Source: a virus
Lineage: Duplodnaviria; Caudoviricetes
Length of the DNA stretch: 64,000 nucleotides
Virus record (IMG/VR): IMGVR_UViG_3300010163_000003
Location: 1-64,000 of that record
Strand: one strand, 5' to 3'
The position numbers and the translations under genes are program-made. Each line of letters starts with the position of its first letter. Position 1 is the stretch's first letter. The notes beneath the pieces are model-generated. The model had not been told where the DNA came from. It did not search any database and was given only the letters and a program-made list of their open reading frames with translations. Below, one piece after another: positions 49,401-59,651 of this stretch.

Positions 49401-49946
49401 ATGATTGGTACAAATAATGTTTGTATGTTCCAAGGTCGTATCACAAAAGATCCAATATATTCTTCGTATACATGCCAAGGACAGCAAGGTCCATACCAGT
49501 TGGATAAAGCGTTATTTACTATTGCAGTGGACCGTCCGCTATCTTCAGACCAGCGCCAAAAGGCAAGGAATGGAGATAAAAGCATTAAGACCGCAGACTT
49601 TGTTCCTGTTTCATTGACAGGATCGCAAGTAGCTACGTTGAAACAATACTTCTTTAAAGGCAAAGGAATTACTGTCCTTGGGCATTATGAAGAATATGTT
49701 ACAAAAGACCCAAATACTGGTGAAAATAAATACGGACATACAATTGTCGCTGAAAGGATAGGCTTCACTGTGCAAGATCCAAAGAACGCACAACAAGGTC
49801 AGCCTCAGCAACAACAGTATCAGCAACCACAACAGCAATATCAGCAACCGCAGGCACAGTATCAACAGCCACAGCAGCCTCAGTTTGGAACACCGCCTCA
49901 GCAAACAAACTTTAGCATGTTTGATGAATCCAATTCTCCGTTTTAA
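49401..49946 (+). CDS. ssb: Single-stranded DNA-binding protein
   Basis: N.....GRITKDP, FTIAVDR, ADFVPV, KGK.I.V.G; Q-rich linker; SPF tail. Confidence 0.9.
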   Translation: MIGTNNVCMFQGRITKDPIYSSYTCQGQQGPYQLDKALFTIAVDRPLSSDQRQKARNGDKSIKTADFVPVSLTGSQVATLKQYFFKGKGITVLGHYEEYVTKDPNTGENKYGHTIVAERIGFTVQDPKNAQQGQPQQQQYQQPQQQYQQPQAQYQQPQQPQFGTPPQQTNFSMFDESNSPF

Positions 49947-49958
49947 GGAGGTATAACA

Positions 49959-50321
49959 ATGGAAAGTAGTAAGGCCGCTGGAGCTAAGGAAGCAGTAAGT
50001 ACAATGATGTTTTACTATTTGTCATCTCTTATAGGTACACAAGAAGATCCTAAACAATATATAGCTGGCGAACTTGGAAACATGATTGGGCTGACAGAAG
50101 ATCAAATAGCTTATGTACGTTCAACGATCAATACTGACAATAAAATTATCAGCAGTCTTCAGACTTCCATTGATTTATTAAATAACATGTTAGAGTCTAA
50201 AAAAATAGACATAGACTCTATGAATATTGTTATTGAAATCATGAAAACATTAAAGGCAGAGTGTACAAAAGCTATTACTAAATATATAGGTGAAGAGTCT
50301 GATGACATGGAGGAATCATGA
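49959..50321 (+). CDS. Hypothetical protein
   Basis: aaggagg RBS. Confidence 0.6.
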   Translation: MESSKAAGAKEAVSTMMFYYLSSLIGTQEDPKQYIAGELGNMIGLTEDQIAYVRSTINTDNKIISSLQTSIDLLNNMLESKKIDIDSMNIVIEIMKTLKAECTKAITKYIGEESDDMEES

Positions 50322-51487
50322 ATCCAAATAAAAAGAAAAACTTAATGAAAACTATTGAAGGTATCAATAAACAATTTGGAGCTGATACAGTTATGACTGC
50401 TGCTAATGCAATGGCGGCAGGCAAACTTACTAAAAAAAGAATCAAGACTCCATCATTAGAGTTTAATGATATGCTTCATGGAGGTTTCGCAAGTATCGTT
50501 GAATTATTTGGACCTACTGGTTCAGGTAAAACTTCACTTGCTATTGAAACCATTGCCTTAGCACAAAAAGAAGACCCCGATTTTATTGCCGCTTGGTTAG
50601 AAACAGAGGGGTCAGTTACCGCAGAAATTCTTGCCGCTCATGGTATAGATATGGAGCGTTTAGTATTTTGGAGGCAAGAAGATGTGGGCAATGCCGAAAA
50701 CGCTCTCGATATCGCTAGGGGCTTTATTAACGGTGGCGATATTGATCTTATGGTTGTTAACTCTATCGCAGGATTAGCTCCAAAGGTAGAGACGGAAGAT
50801 GACTTAGAGAAACAAAACATAGCTCTTACTGCTCGTTTGTTATCTAAGTTCTTTAGAGTTGCCACAAGTGCAGCATCTAAGAATGATATTGTTCTTCTGT
50901 TTATCAATCAGATACGCGATAATGTTGGCGTTATGTATGGAGACCCTACAACTACTCCTGGAGGTAAAGCTCTTGGATTCTTTGCAAGTCAACGTATCCG
51001 TATGAGTAAAGTTAAGCTCCAAAAGAGCGACCCGATATCCGAACAAGATGGATTAAAGATATCCTGTTCGACGTACAAGAATAGGTTTGCTAACGGAGAG
51101 AATCCTTACACTAAATGTACCTATTATGCAACTTATGCTAATGGTATAGATTCTATTGTAGCTATTCCTCAATTGCTTCTTAACGCAAAGATAGTACGTC
51201 AAGCTGGTGCATGGTGGTATTATGAAAATGAAAACGGTGAACCGATCACCTTCAATGGAGCGGTTTGTAAATGGAGAAGTCATTCTGCTTTTATTGATGC
51301 TCTCAGAAGCGATAAACAGTTGACTCAAATGTTTATCAATAAACTCAATGGTCAATTGGCAGAAGATCAAAGCGCTGAAGAAGAAGCAGAGGCTAAACAA
51401 ATGCAATCAAGAATCAATCAAGAAGGTGATGCTATGGAACGAAGCATCGAAACAGATGAAATAAATACTGTTCTTACAGAAAATTAA
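50318..51487 (+). CDS. recA: RecA/UvsX-like recombinase
   Basis: ELFGPTGSGKT, FINQIRD.VGVMYGDPTTTPGGKALGF, AGAWWYY. Confidence 0.93.
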   Translation: MNPNKKKNLMKTIEGINKQFGADTVMTAANAMAAGKLTKKRIKTPSLEFNDMLHGGFASIVELFGPTGSGKTSLAIETIALAQKEDPDFIAAWLETEGSVTAEILAAHGIDMERLVFWRQEDVGNAENALDIARGFINGGDIDLMVVNSIAGLAPKVETEDDLEKQNIALTARLLSKFFRVATSAASKNDIVLLFINQIRDNVGVMYGDPTTTPGGKALGFFASQRIRMSKVKLQKSDPISEQDGLKISCSTYKNRFANGENPYTKCTYYATYANGIDSIVAIPQLLLNAKIVRQAGAWWYYENENGEPITFNGAVCKWRSHSAFIDALRSDKQLTQMFINKLNGQLAEDQSAEEEAEAKQMQSRINQEGDAMERSIETDEINTVLTEN

Positions 51488-51512
51488 AAAATAAAATAAG
51501 GAGGAAGTTCCC

Positions 51513-52238
51513 GTGCCTACTAATCTTAGTATGCTCAATGAGCAGCAGAGGGCTGCTGTACTGGAAAGTGTTAACCATAATGTAGTTCTCCTAGCTGGAG
51601 CTGGCTCAGGGAAAACTTCTACGCTCATTAAAAGGACTCAGTATCTTATTGATGATCTTGGTGTGAGTCCTGAAAACATTATGATGATTACGTTTACCAA
51701 CAAGGCTGCGAATGAAATTAAAAGCCGTGTTGCAAACGTATCAAAGGACTATTATAAAATGTGGATTGGAACATTCCATCACATTTGTTGCCGTATAATG
51801 CGTATGTTTGGTAGCAAACTTGGTATCGAGAATTTTACTATTCTCGATACCAAAGATGCTAAAAACATTATTAAAGAAATCCTTACTTCTCGTAGTATAG
51901 ACGCTAGCCGTTATGTCATTAATGGTATGGCGGCTAAAATTTCTAAGTTTAAGAATGATTTAGTTAGACCAGCTAAGGTATTATCCGATGGCAAAGAAGA
52001 TAAACTCATAGCAGATGTATATCAAGAATACCAGAATATCTGCTGGAGGAAAAAATGTTTTGATTTCGATGATCTTATTATATATGCCATCCTTCTTCTT
52101 AACTCTTACTCTGATGTTGCTGACTGGATTCATAACACTATTAAGTATCTCATGGTTGATGAGACTCAAGATACAAACAGTGCTCAATTCACCCTCATTA
52201 ACCTTATTAGTGGCAATAACAATGTTATGTGCGTCGGT
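51513..52238 (+). CDS. pcrA: PcrA/UvrD superfamily-1 helicase, exon 1
   Basis: AGAGSGKT, TFTNKAA, TFH, VDETQD, ends VG. Confidence 0.9.
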
Positions 52239-53401
52239 AAATAACATTGCTGACGTTAAACCGTACTAATTGCGGGAAAGTCGTATATTATATAGATACC
52301 GCTTTATGTTGGAAACAACATAAGTAAGCAGATAAGTTAACTCTTATTGGATGGTAATAAGTCTATATAAATGACAATCACATCAAAACGCAGCCAGGTT
52401 CCCTAACGTAAAGGCGAGGGAGCAAGGTTCATCGACTAGGGAAAGCTATAGACGCTGAAATACGCGGTGAAAATAAGGTAGAGTAACATCTACACGAAGC
52501 AAGTAGACGTAGTGCCATTTTTGCATGGTTGGTCTTAAGTAATAACCCATTTAAGGGAAGTAGCTTAATATAAAATCCATTAAAACGAAATGAGCGGCGG
52601 CTAAATAGCCGAAGATATAGTCAGTTTAAACTATTGCAATATCTAAAACTATATGATATAATATTCCTACCAATAAAGAAAGGGGTATTATATATGCAAA
52701 AATATAGTCTCGATGAAAATTATTTTGACGTTATCGATACAGAACATAAAGCATATTGGCTAGGCTTTCTTTATGCTGATGGTTCTCTGTCAAAAACCAC
52801 TTCAAGTAGTAGTGGAAAGAATCGATTGCAACTTACGTTGTCAGTAAATGATATAGAGCAACTTGAAAAATTCAAAAATGATTTAAACTTTACTGGTCCT
52901 ATTCATAAAAGTACTCTTTCTAATGCTTATAAAATGGACACTGAAGTCTGTTATATGCATATCAATTCAAGACCATTATGTATCTCATTAGAGAGACATG
53001 GATTTGAATTAAAAGATAATAGAGTAGCTATTCCTAATATGTCTAAAGATTTAATACCTCATTTTATTCGTGGATATTTTGATGGTGATGGATGTATTAG
53101 TGTATTTGAATATGACGCTAAAAGAAGCAATGGAAAGACTTATCACAGGTATTGTCAAGAATTTTCTATTACTTCTAACGAAGATATATTACAAGAGTTT
53201 AAAAGTATTTTTGAAAAAGAATGTAATGTATCTAAAAGGGTAAAATTCAAAGTTTATAATCGTACATCTAAAGCTGTATCTTTAAGATATGGTGGCAAAC
53301 AAGATGTTATTTCTCTTTATCATTATATGTACGATAATGCTACCATCTATATGGCAAGAAAGTACAATAATTTTCAACAAGTTTTATTGCGATAGCAAAC
53401 G
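52239..53401 (+). ncRNA. Group I intron in pcrA motif III
   Basis: IGS gctgacg pairs with exon cgtcggt; R ttcatcgacta; S aagatatagtc 52612-52622; splice gives VG|DVNQSIYAFR. Confidence 0.9.
52694..53395 (+). CDS. Intron-encoded LAGLIDADG homing endonuclease
   Basis: AYWLGFLYADG and IRGYFDGDG; promoter TTGCAA-17-TATAAT 52634-52662. Confidence 0.88.
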   Translation: MQKYSLDENYFDVIDTEHKAYWLGFLYADGSLSKTTSSSSGKNRLQLTLSVNDIEQLEKFKNDLNFTGPIHKSTLSNAYKMDTEVCYMHINSRPLCISLERHGFELKDNRVAIPNMSKDLIPHFIRGYFDGDGCISVFEYDAKRSNGKTYHRYCQEFSITSNEDILQEFKSIFEKECNVSKRVKFKVYNRTSKAVSLRYGGKQDVISLYHYMYDNATIYMARKYNNFQQVLLR

Positions 53402-54574
53402 GATGTTAATCAAAGTATCTATGCATTTCGTAATGCAAAGCCTCAATACCTTGAGTATTTCGCAGACCACAGAGCAAATACTATAAAGCTAAAACTAGAA
53501 CAAAATTATCGCTCTAGTAAAACTATTATTGATGCTGCAAATCATGTAGTTAATCACAACGTTTTTGGCACCAAGCTTAAAATGTTTTGTACTAACGAAA
53601 CAGGTTCGCCTATCTCATATTATACAGCTCAGAATTCTACTGATGAAGCACGTTGGATAGTTTCAGAAATTAAAGCTAGTGGTAAACCATATTCTGATTT
53701 TGCAGTTATCTATCGCACTAATGTACAATCTCGTCTTATAGAACAAGAACTTACCAAAGCTGGTGTTGGATATACTATCTTTGGCTCTCAATCATTTTAT
53801 ACTCGTAAAGAAGTACGTGACCTAATTGCTTATTGCAAAGCAGTTATTAATCCTAATGACGAGGAGGCGTTTCGTCGTGTTCTCGGAACTCTTAAAGGTG
53901 TTGGCAAAGTTACTATCAATAACATGGTTAACAATGCTAGGGCTAAAGGTCTTAACATGCATTGTGCAATTAAATCTTATGCCAATAGTGCCTCCCTTAG
54001 CTCTAGCGTGCGTGTGCGTTTATCTCGCGTTGATGGAATCCTAAACCATACGTATACTAAATGTTCAGATATCATCAATGATGTCTTGTTTCTTACAGAA
54101 TATCGTACAGAGTTACGCGCAGTACAGACTGAAGAGACTATTGAAAAGCTTGCTATTATAGATGAATTTGAAGAAATGGTTAAAACTATGGAAGCTAATA
54201 ATAAAGATCAGTCTATGGTTGAAACTATTGATCAGATATCTACGCTTTCTGATGCTAAAGGCGCAGAAAAAGAACAGCTTAATGCTGTAAAACTTATGAC
54301 TGCACATGCATCTAAAGGTCTTGAGTTTGAGAATGTGTTTATTATTGGAACAGAAGAGGGTTCTTTCCCTCATGCAAATGCTATCAATACTCATAAGTCT
54401 GAAGCTATTGAAGAAGAACGTCGCTTGTTCTATGTAGCTATGACTCGTGCTAAGAAACATTTGTATATTACCAATGCCAAGCGTATTGGTAATATTTCTG
54501 ACGGATTTACATTCGCAAGACCAAGCAGATTTATTAAAGAAATCCCTTCTAATCTCATAGAAGAAGCATTTTAA
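53402..54574 (+). CDS. pcrA: PcrA/UvrD helicase, exon 2
   Basis: LEQNYRS, LMTAHASKGLEF, EERRLFYVAMTRAK. Confidence 0.9.
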   Translation, partial: DVNQSIYAFRNAKPQYLEYFADHRANTIKLKLEQNYRSSKTIIDAANHVVNHNVFGTKLKMFCTNETGSPISYYTAQNSTDEARWIVSEIKASGKPYSDFAVIYRTNVQSRLIEQELTKAGVGYTIFGSQSFYTRKEVRDLIAYCKAVINPNDEEAFRRVLGTLKGVGKVTINNMVNNARAKGLNMHCAIKSYANSASLSSSVRVRLSRVDGILNHTYTKCSDIINDVLFLTEYRTELRAVQTEETIEKLAIIDEFEEMVKTMEANNKDQSMVETIDQISTLSDAKGAEKEQLNAVKLMTAHASKGLEFENVFIIGTEEGSFPHANAINTHKSEAIEEERRLFYVAMTRAKKHLYITNAKRIGNISDGFTFARPSRFIKEIPSNLIEEAF

Positions 54575-54586
54575 GGGGGAAGAATT

Positions 54587-55234
54587 ATGGCGGATAAAGG
54601 CTATAATTATAAAGATAAAGGCTCAGTAAAATTAAGTGATGAGTTTAGACAAAAATTTATTGTAAACATTAAAGGGAAAGAAGCAGTTAAGTTGGAAGGC
54701 TTAACTGTACTTGCTCATGAGAAAGGACTTTGGAAACTTGAAACAGAGATTATTCAGTTCCCTAGCGACGCTAATCAGTGGACTGCTATATGCCGTACTA
54801 CAGTGGGTGGTTATGACTATGACCCAGTTACTGACAAGATACGTGAAGTCATATACTCAGACATTGGCGATGCAAACCCCAGCAACTGTACTAAGCTGGT
54901 AGCTGCATCTTATATCCGTATGGCTTCTACACGTTCACAAGGACGTGCGTTAAGAAAATATACGGATATAGATATGGTATGTTCGTCTGAACTTGATAAT
55001 GCGACGGAAGAACCACCAGAATCAATTATAACAATTGAACAGCTTACAGAAGTAAAGAAGATGCTAAAAGAGAAAGGATTCAATCAAGAAAAGTTTGGTG
55101 CCTTATTATTTAATCTCTTTAAACACCAGAACTTCGCGCAGTTAACTATGTCTCAGGGTGACATACTAATCAATACATTACATTCCTATCCAGATATACA
55201 AAAACAAAATGAAAATGTCAATGATGCCAGTTAA
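54587..55234 (+). CDS. Hypothetical protein, possibly ssDNA-annealing recombinase-like
   Basis: GDA...N, RMA.TR..GRALR motif; recombination gene context. Confidence 0.4.
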   Translation: MADKGYNYKDKGSVKLSDEFRQKFIVNIKGKEAVKLEGLTVLAHEKGLWKLETEIIQFPSDANQWTAICRTTVGGYDYDPVTDKIREVIYSDIGDANPSNCTKLVAASYIRMASTRSQGRALRKYTDIDMVCSSELDNATEEPPESIITIEQLTEVKKMLKEKGFNQEKFGALLFNLFKHQNFAQLTMSQGDILINTLHSYPDIQKQNENVNDAS

Positions 55235-55268
55235 ACATGGTATATCTTATTAAAAAGGAAGTGATATA

Positions 55269-55781
55269 ATGATTACAGAGTATAACTATGATAATGCAAT
55301 GAAAGTATTAGAACAATTTAAAGATTCTAACATTGCTACATTATACATTAAAAATGAAAATGGTATATGTGTAATGGAATATACTCTAGTGGAAAGTTAT
55401 CATCCCGAATTAAGAGATAAAATTTCTGCTCGACTTAGAACTGTAATGCCTCAACGGTTAGGGTTAATTAAAATCTTGAATGATTTTATCATCACTAGAA
55501 CAGTAGATCCTAGCGTGTCACTTAATCTTGAATTTAATGCTGTAGAATCAGATAAACCAAAAATATTGTACACATTGAATGGCAACATGTTACAAAGTGA
55601 AGATTATGTAGGATTACTCGACAAATGTATGAATAAAATTGATTTTCTTACAGGGAAGCTTGGTATAGGAAACCTTCCTGTTGATGGCCTGTTCCGCAAA
55701 ATAGGTACAGGTAAAGGAAGAAAGCATATACCAGTAACTGTTAAAGACGTAATATGTGCGTTAAACAAAACCGTTCACTAA
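55269..55781 (+). CDS. Hypothetical protein
   Basis: ORF with RBS. Confidence 0.55.
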   Translation: MITEYNYDNAMKVLEQFKDSNIATLYIKNENGICVMEYTLVESYHPELRDKISARLRTVMPQRLGLIKILNDFIITRTVDPSVSLNLEFNAVESDKPKILYTLNGNMLQSEDYVGLLDKCMNKIDFLTGKLGIGNLPVDGLFRKIGTGKGRKHIPVTVKDVICALNKTVH

Positions 55782-55784
55782 TTG

Positions 55785-55820
55785 AACTCCCCCTACCAAA
55801 TTAAAGGTAGGGGGAGTTTT
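55785..55820 (+). terminator. Intrinsic terminator
   Basis: aactccccctacc/ggtagggggagtt followed by T-tract. Confidence 0.7.
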
Positions 55821-55834
55821 CTGTTAAATATATA

Positions 55835-55863
55835 TTGTAAATGCTTTTGAAATGTATTATAAT
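55835..55863 (+). promoter_or_regulatory. SigA-type promoter
   Basis: TTGTAA-17bp-TATAAT. Confidence 0.55.
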
Positions 55864-55898
55864 ATATGTAACTTAATGTTGCAAAACGAGAGGTTAAT

Positions 55899-58298
55899 AT
55901 GAAAATATTACATGTCACAGACTCACATGGTACAATGAAAAGTCCTGAAAGCAGAAAAGATATATACTATATAGCATTTCTGCGTAAGTTATACGAGCTT
56001 GGACTTGTCGTAAAGAAGGAAAATATAAACGTTGTAGTGCACACTGGTGACTTGTTTCATACTCCAAGGGTATCCAATAAATTTGCAGGTCAAGTATCCG
56101 AGATGATTAAAGACATGGGTATTCCATTCTACGTAGTACCAGGTAATCATGATATCGAAGGATACAACATAGATACTATTGACCAAACAATGCTTGGATT
56201 ACTTTCAAAAACTGGTGTAATTACCATACTTGATAGAAGCCACCCAGTTACTCTTGATGTTCATGAAGATGGAGAATCATATACAGTTGCTTTAAGTGGA
56301 CAGGAGTATTATGCAAACATTGACAGGGGGAATCCACAAGATTTTGAAATGCAGCAGTGCGAAGCGGATATTAACATATTGGGCTATCATGGTTATTTAT
56401 CTAATATTGATCAACCTCCTGGGATTATCTATACTCCTACCAATAGTGTTATTACCGACGCTGATATTATCCTTAGTGGACATTATCACAGACAATTTGA
56501 AGCCGTAGTTGGGGATGTAAGTATATATAATCCTGGTTCCATGATGCGTGTAGACCAAACTGATTATAATAGAACACATACTCCACAATATGGTATACTT
56601 CATATATCTGTTGATGATAATATCGGTCTTCAATATGAATACACATTTCATAAATTTAAATGTGCAGTCCCATCAGAAACAGTATTTGACTATAGCGGAA
56701 AGGGTCAAGATAAACAATTTAAGATAAGTTTGGATGGCTTTAAAAATTCTATCATAAATTCAATGAGTTCTATTCAAACTGGAACAGATGTATTAAAAAG
56801 TATACAAGACATTATTAACACATTTGATCCTCAAGATGTTCTTCTACAAGATGTAGGTAAATCTGCTATATCTGCTTATCAATCTGCTTATACTGTTATG
56901 TCTCGTAACGATGTAGTCAGTCAGGGATACGTTCCTGATACAAATTATAAGTCTATAGTTAGAGTTACAATTGATGGCTTTCAATCTCACAAAAATACTG
57001 ATATTGTTTTCAATAATACAAGTGGATTAACTGTTATTTCTGGTGAATCAAACAATGGGAAAACCTCTATTTTTAGGGCCATCATGTGGGCAATTGATAA
57101 CTATCCGTTAGGCAATGCTTTTATTACAGCGGGAGAAAAAGTATGTAACGTTACAATTTACTTCAGCGACGGCTCAAGTATAACTCGTGTAAGAAGTATC
57201 AATGATACTGGTAGTTATATTGTAGATAATCCTGTGAATGGAATGCCTGTTCTTAAAACATATAAAGGTTTCACTAATTGTATTCCTGTTGAAGTTGAGA
57301 ACACACATCAAATGCCTAAAATACCTGTTACAAGAGATATACCTACGCATCTTAATGTTATGTCTCAACTTGACCCCCCTTTCTTAATTTCTGAAAGCCC
57401 ACAGAATAAAGCGGCTGCTATAGGTAATATTACTGGAACAAATATTGCCGATACTGCTATAAGAGCTTTAAAGGCTTCTATTAGGACTGGTAAATTTATA
57501 TGTGATGAGTCTGATAAAAAGATTATTAAGAAGCAATCCGAATTAGATGCATTACCTAGCGTCGAATTATTAGATGAAGCATCTAATGTTAGTTCAAAGA
57601 TAGAAGGTTTCATCAGGTGTTCTGAAAAGTTTATTAACGATGAAACATCTCATTATAATAATCTTCAGTCGCTCGACCAAGAAATACAGAAAGAAGATGC
57701 TAACGCATCTAAATATAAATCCCTTCTTGTGTTAAATCCCATTATTGAATTGGCAGATGAATATCGGATACAAACAGCTACTTGTCTCACGTATATTGAA
57801 CAAAATAATGCATTACTAGAAGAGACTGACAAGTGTAATGCTTTGTTGCGTCAACACCAATTTATGTCCACTGTCAAACAAGCATCTGAATATGCTGCTG
57901 ATCAATTACAATCTTTGCAAAAATTAAGCAATATACTTTCTGCGTATAATATATGTACTCAAAATATTGCAAAGGAAACAGATACTATTCAATTAATCCA
58001 AGGTTATTTAACGTTGTCTAATAGTATCACTAACTATATTTCTACCATTACATCGTTTGTAAAAACATTGATGCATCCTATGTCGCAATTAAATGACGTA
58101 GATAATGAAATAGAAAAGGGAAAGAAATCCCTTAGCTCTATTAAGAAATTATTAAGGAATGCCAATGCTGAACTAGAATGGCAAAGAAATGATAGAATTA
58201 ATTTCATTCTAAAGAATGGAATATGCCCGTGCTGTGGTCAGCCTGTTGAAACTGAAGAACAAGCTGAACATATTGGACATTTTATGGAGGAGACATAA
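55899..58298 (+). CDS. SbcD/Mre11 nuclease fused to the N-terminal half of SbcC/Rad50 (Walker A, coiled coil, Zn hook)
   Basis: DSH, GDLFH, GNHD, GHYH; GESNNGKT; terminal CPCCGQ. Confidence 0.85.
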   Translation: MKILHVTDSHGTMKSPESRKDIYYIAFLRKLYELGLVVKKENINVVVHTGDLFHTPRVSNKFAGQVSEMIKDMGIPFYVVPGNHDIEGYNIDTIDQTMLGLLSKTGVITILDRSHPVTLDVHEDGESYTVALSGQEYYANIDRGNPQDFEMQQCEADINILGYHGYLSNIDQPPGIIYTPTNSVITDADIILSGHYHRQFEAVVGDVSIYNPGSMMRVDQTDYNRTHTPQYGILHISVDDNIGLQYEYTFHKFKCAVPSETVFDYSGKGQDKQFKISLDGFKNSIINSMSSIQTGTDVLKSIQDIINTFDPQDVLLQDVGKSAISAYQSAYTVMSRNDVVSQGYVPDTNYKSIVRVTIDGFQSHKNTDIVFNNTSGLTVISGESNNGKTSIFRAIMWAIDNYPLGNAFITAGEKVCNVTIYFSDGSSITRVRSINDTGSYIVDNPVNGMPVLKTYKGFTNCIPVEVENTHQMPKIPVTRDIPTHLNVMSQLDPPFLISESPQNKAAAIGNITGTNIADTAIRALKASIRTGKFICDESDKKIIKKQSELDALPSVELLDEASNVSSKIEGFIRCSEKFINDETSHYNNLQSLDQEIQKEDANASKYKSLLVLNPIIELADEYRIQTATCLTYIEQNNALLEETDKCNALLRQHQFMSTVKQASEYAADQLQSLQKLSNILSAYNICTQNIAKETDTIQLIQGYLTLSNSITNYISTITSFVKTLMHPMSQLNDVDNEIEKGKKSLSSIKKLLRNANAELEWQRNDRINFILKNGICPCCGQPVETEEQAEHIGHFMEET

Positions 58299-58301
58299 TA
58301 T

Positions 58302-58673
58302 ATGAGTAGAACGAGTCATAAAAAATCTGTAAAAACTCCCCCTGTATTTAGGTGTGGACAAATCATACGACATTTTAAATACTGGCAATGTACTTTGAAA
58401 GACAGAAAAGCGAACAGATATATGTACAAAATTATTGGAATTGGTATGCTTCCTGATAATGATACTCCTATGATGGTATATCAAGCATTATATAAACCTT
58501 ACAATGCATACATCCGTCCACTTTCTATGGCTCGTGATCTTGTTGATAAAACATTATACCCTAAAGCACGACAAACTTATCGCTTTGAAATATGGAGTGA
58601 AGAAAATGAATTATGCAGAAACCCTCAACAGTTACGAACAGACACTAAATACACTCAAAGAGCAATGTGCTAA
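58302..58673 (+). CDS. DUF1653-family protein
   Basis: RHFK, YKIIG, VYQALY, RP..M, VD..YP...Q.YRFE. Confidence 0.75.
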   Translation: MSRTSHKKSVKTPPVFRCGQIIRHFKYWQCTLKDRKANRYMYKIIGIGMLPDNDTPMMVYQALYKPYNAYIRPLSMARDLVDKTLYPKARQTYRFEIWSEENELCRNPQQLRTDTKYTQRAMC

Positions 58674-58923
58674 TGCTGAGAAGAATGCAATCATTGCCGA
58701 GACCAACCTTAAGTCTTTAAAGGATAGGAAGAAACAGCTTGTTGATGAGTGCGTTAAAGCTACAGGTAAATCTATCGAAGAGCTTCCTAGTCTTTTAGAG
58801 GAGCAAAAAAAGAATCTCGATGCTATTATGGAAAGCTTATCTAAGATTCATTTTGGTGGAGAGATCACAGAAGATACTGTTAATGCACTGAAAGAAATAG
58901 CTGAACGTTTTAATATAAAGTGA
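58606..58923 (+). CDS. Coiled-coil protein, likely a middle piece of split SbcC
   Basis: ggagtg RBS before ATG 58606; heptad pattern. Confidence 0.55.
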   Translation: MNYAETLNSYEQTLNTLKEQCANAEKNAIIAETNLKSLKDRKKQLVDECVKATGKSIEELPSLLEEQKKNLDAIMESLSKIHFGGEITEDTVNALKEIAERFNIK

Positions 58924-58930
58924 GGCTATT

Positions 58931-59647
58931 ATGAGGCATAAGACAAGTGATTTCTATATCGCATTAGGTGCTATAAAAGATCAAGCAATGGTTGCAAAAG
59001 CACTTAGGCGTGAGATTGAAAAAGATATAAAAGAAGCTAAGCAATGTAAGAAAAAAGAAAAACATTCTGTAGAAGTAGACACAAAAGCTATAGAGCTTAT
59101 AAAGTCAGCTTCTGATGCTTCTCGTTCAAGTGTTAAAACACATTTTGAAGACATTGTTACTCAAGCTCTTCAGTTTGTTACCCAGAGTTCTGATTATAAA
59201 TTCATTATTGAAGAGAAGAATTCTGGTAACAAACCAGGATATGAATTTTATATTCAATCTTCTGTTAATGGAACAGTAACTAAACAAAAACCAGAGGACG
59301 CTAACGGCGGAGGGTTTGTTGATATCATTTCTGTTTCATTAAAGTTTGCGTACCTTATATTGTTTAGCAATCCTACAATTAAAAATTCAACTATACTTCT
59401 TGATGAACCAGGTAAAATGATATCAAATGCGATGTCGATTAAATTTGCAGAGTATCTTAAATTCCTTGCTCAGCAATATAACAAACAAATTATTATGATT
59501 ACCCATAATGAAAATCTAATCAATCTTGCTAATGAACATTTTACTGTAGTAAAAGACGTTAATGGCATAAGTAATGTCGTTAACGAAAAAGACTTACCAC
59601 TAAACCTTTTAATGGATTTATTTAACGGTACTGAAACGGAGGAATAA
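58931..59647 (+). CDS. C-terminal half of SbcC/Rad50 ABC ATPase
   Basis: GGG signature, ILLDEP Walker B, QIIMITH. Confidence 0.85.
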   Translation: MRHKTSDFYIALGAIKDQAMVAKALRREIEKDIKEAKQCKKKEKHSVEVDTKAIELIKSASDASRSSVKTHFEDIVTQALQFVTQSSDYKFIIEEKNSGNKPGYEFYIQSSVNGTVTKQKPEDANGGGFVDIISVSLKFAYLILFSNPTIKNSTILLDEPGKMISNAMSIKFAEYLKFLAQQYNKQIIMITHNENLINLANEHFTVVKDVNGISNVVNEKDLPLNLLMDLFNGTETEE

Positions 59648-59651
59648 TAAT

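Noticed and set aside
49789-49905. CAG/CAA repeat as a separate element
   Set aside because: It simply encodes the Gln/Pro-rich SSB linker.
2047-54574. Stop-codon reassignment, frameshifts or inteins explaining split RNAP, DnaE and PcrA
   Set aside because: Each break has U|...G| boundaries with group I core elements and precise in-frame rejoining; the other genes are intact under the standard code.
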